A stretch of 63,975 nucleotides of DNA from Lama glama (taxonomy: Eukaryota), in the NCBI GenBank assembly GCA_028534125.1, contig CM052816.1, forward strand, positions 58,902,026-58,966,000. Reading direction: 5' to 3'. The position numbers and the translations under genes were made by a program. The notes beneath the pieces are model-generated. The model was given only the letters and a program-made list of their open reading frames with translations, was not told the DNA's origin and ran no database searches. The first letter of the stretch is position 1; each line of letters starts with the position of its first letter. This document shows, piece after piece, positions 63,907-63,975 of this stretch.

Positions 63907-63975
63907 GTATTAGCTTTCTATTGTGTGTGTTACAATGATCAGAAACTTACTGTCTTAAAACAACACTTGTTTATT
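63907..63975 (-). mobile_element. MaLR LTR (MLT1-like) terminus, running off the window
   Basis: tgtattagctttctattg...aaacttactgtcttaaaacaacac...tttatt. Confidence 0.65.

Overview
Mammalian non-coding genomic DNA, most likely from a camelid (camel, alpaca, llama or vicuna). That assignment rests on four copies of a tRNA-Ala-derived SINE matching my recollection of the camelid vic-1 family, plus cetartiodactyl-type L1 3' ends. I recognise no host protein-coding exon, RNA gene or CpG-island promoter. The only recognisable protein sequence is frameshifted LINE-1 ORF2 in a ~3 kb 5'-truncated L1 (58165-61133, minus strand). The window is a patchwork of interspersed repeats: L1 fragments of several ages, two solo ERV LTRs with intact 4-bp TSDs, MaLR/ERVL LTRs, MIR/L2 relics, and hAT and Tigger-type DNA transposons. 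Between them lie repeat-free blocks rich in homeodomain/bHLH motifs, some with locally retained CpGs, which look like developmental enhancers. The overall picture is a large intron or gene desert near a developmental regulator, and retroelement orientation bias hints at a host transcript on the + strand. I found no convincing new biological system. The best oddities are a ~75 bp direct repeat flanking the 3 kb L1, a candidate 9-nt microexon, a candidate L1 3' transduction, a 36-bp near-perfect palindrome, and an old element with inverted terminal arrays around a palindromic minisatellite. Repeat family names come from recalled consensus sequences and need RepeatMasker/Dfam confirmation. Boundaries without a stated TSD are approximate.
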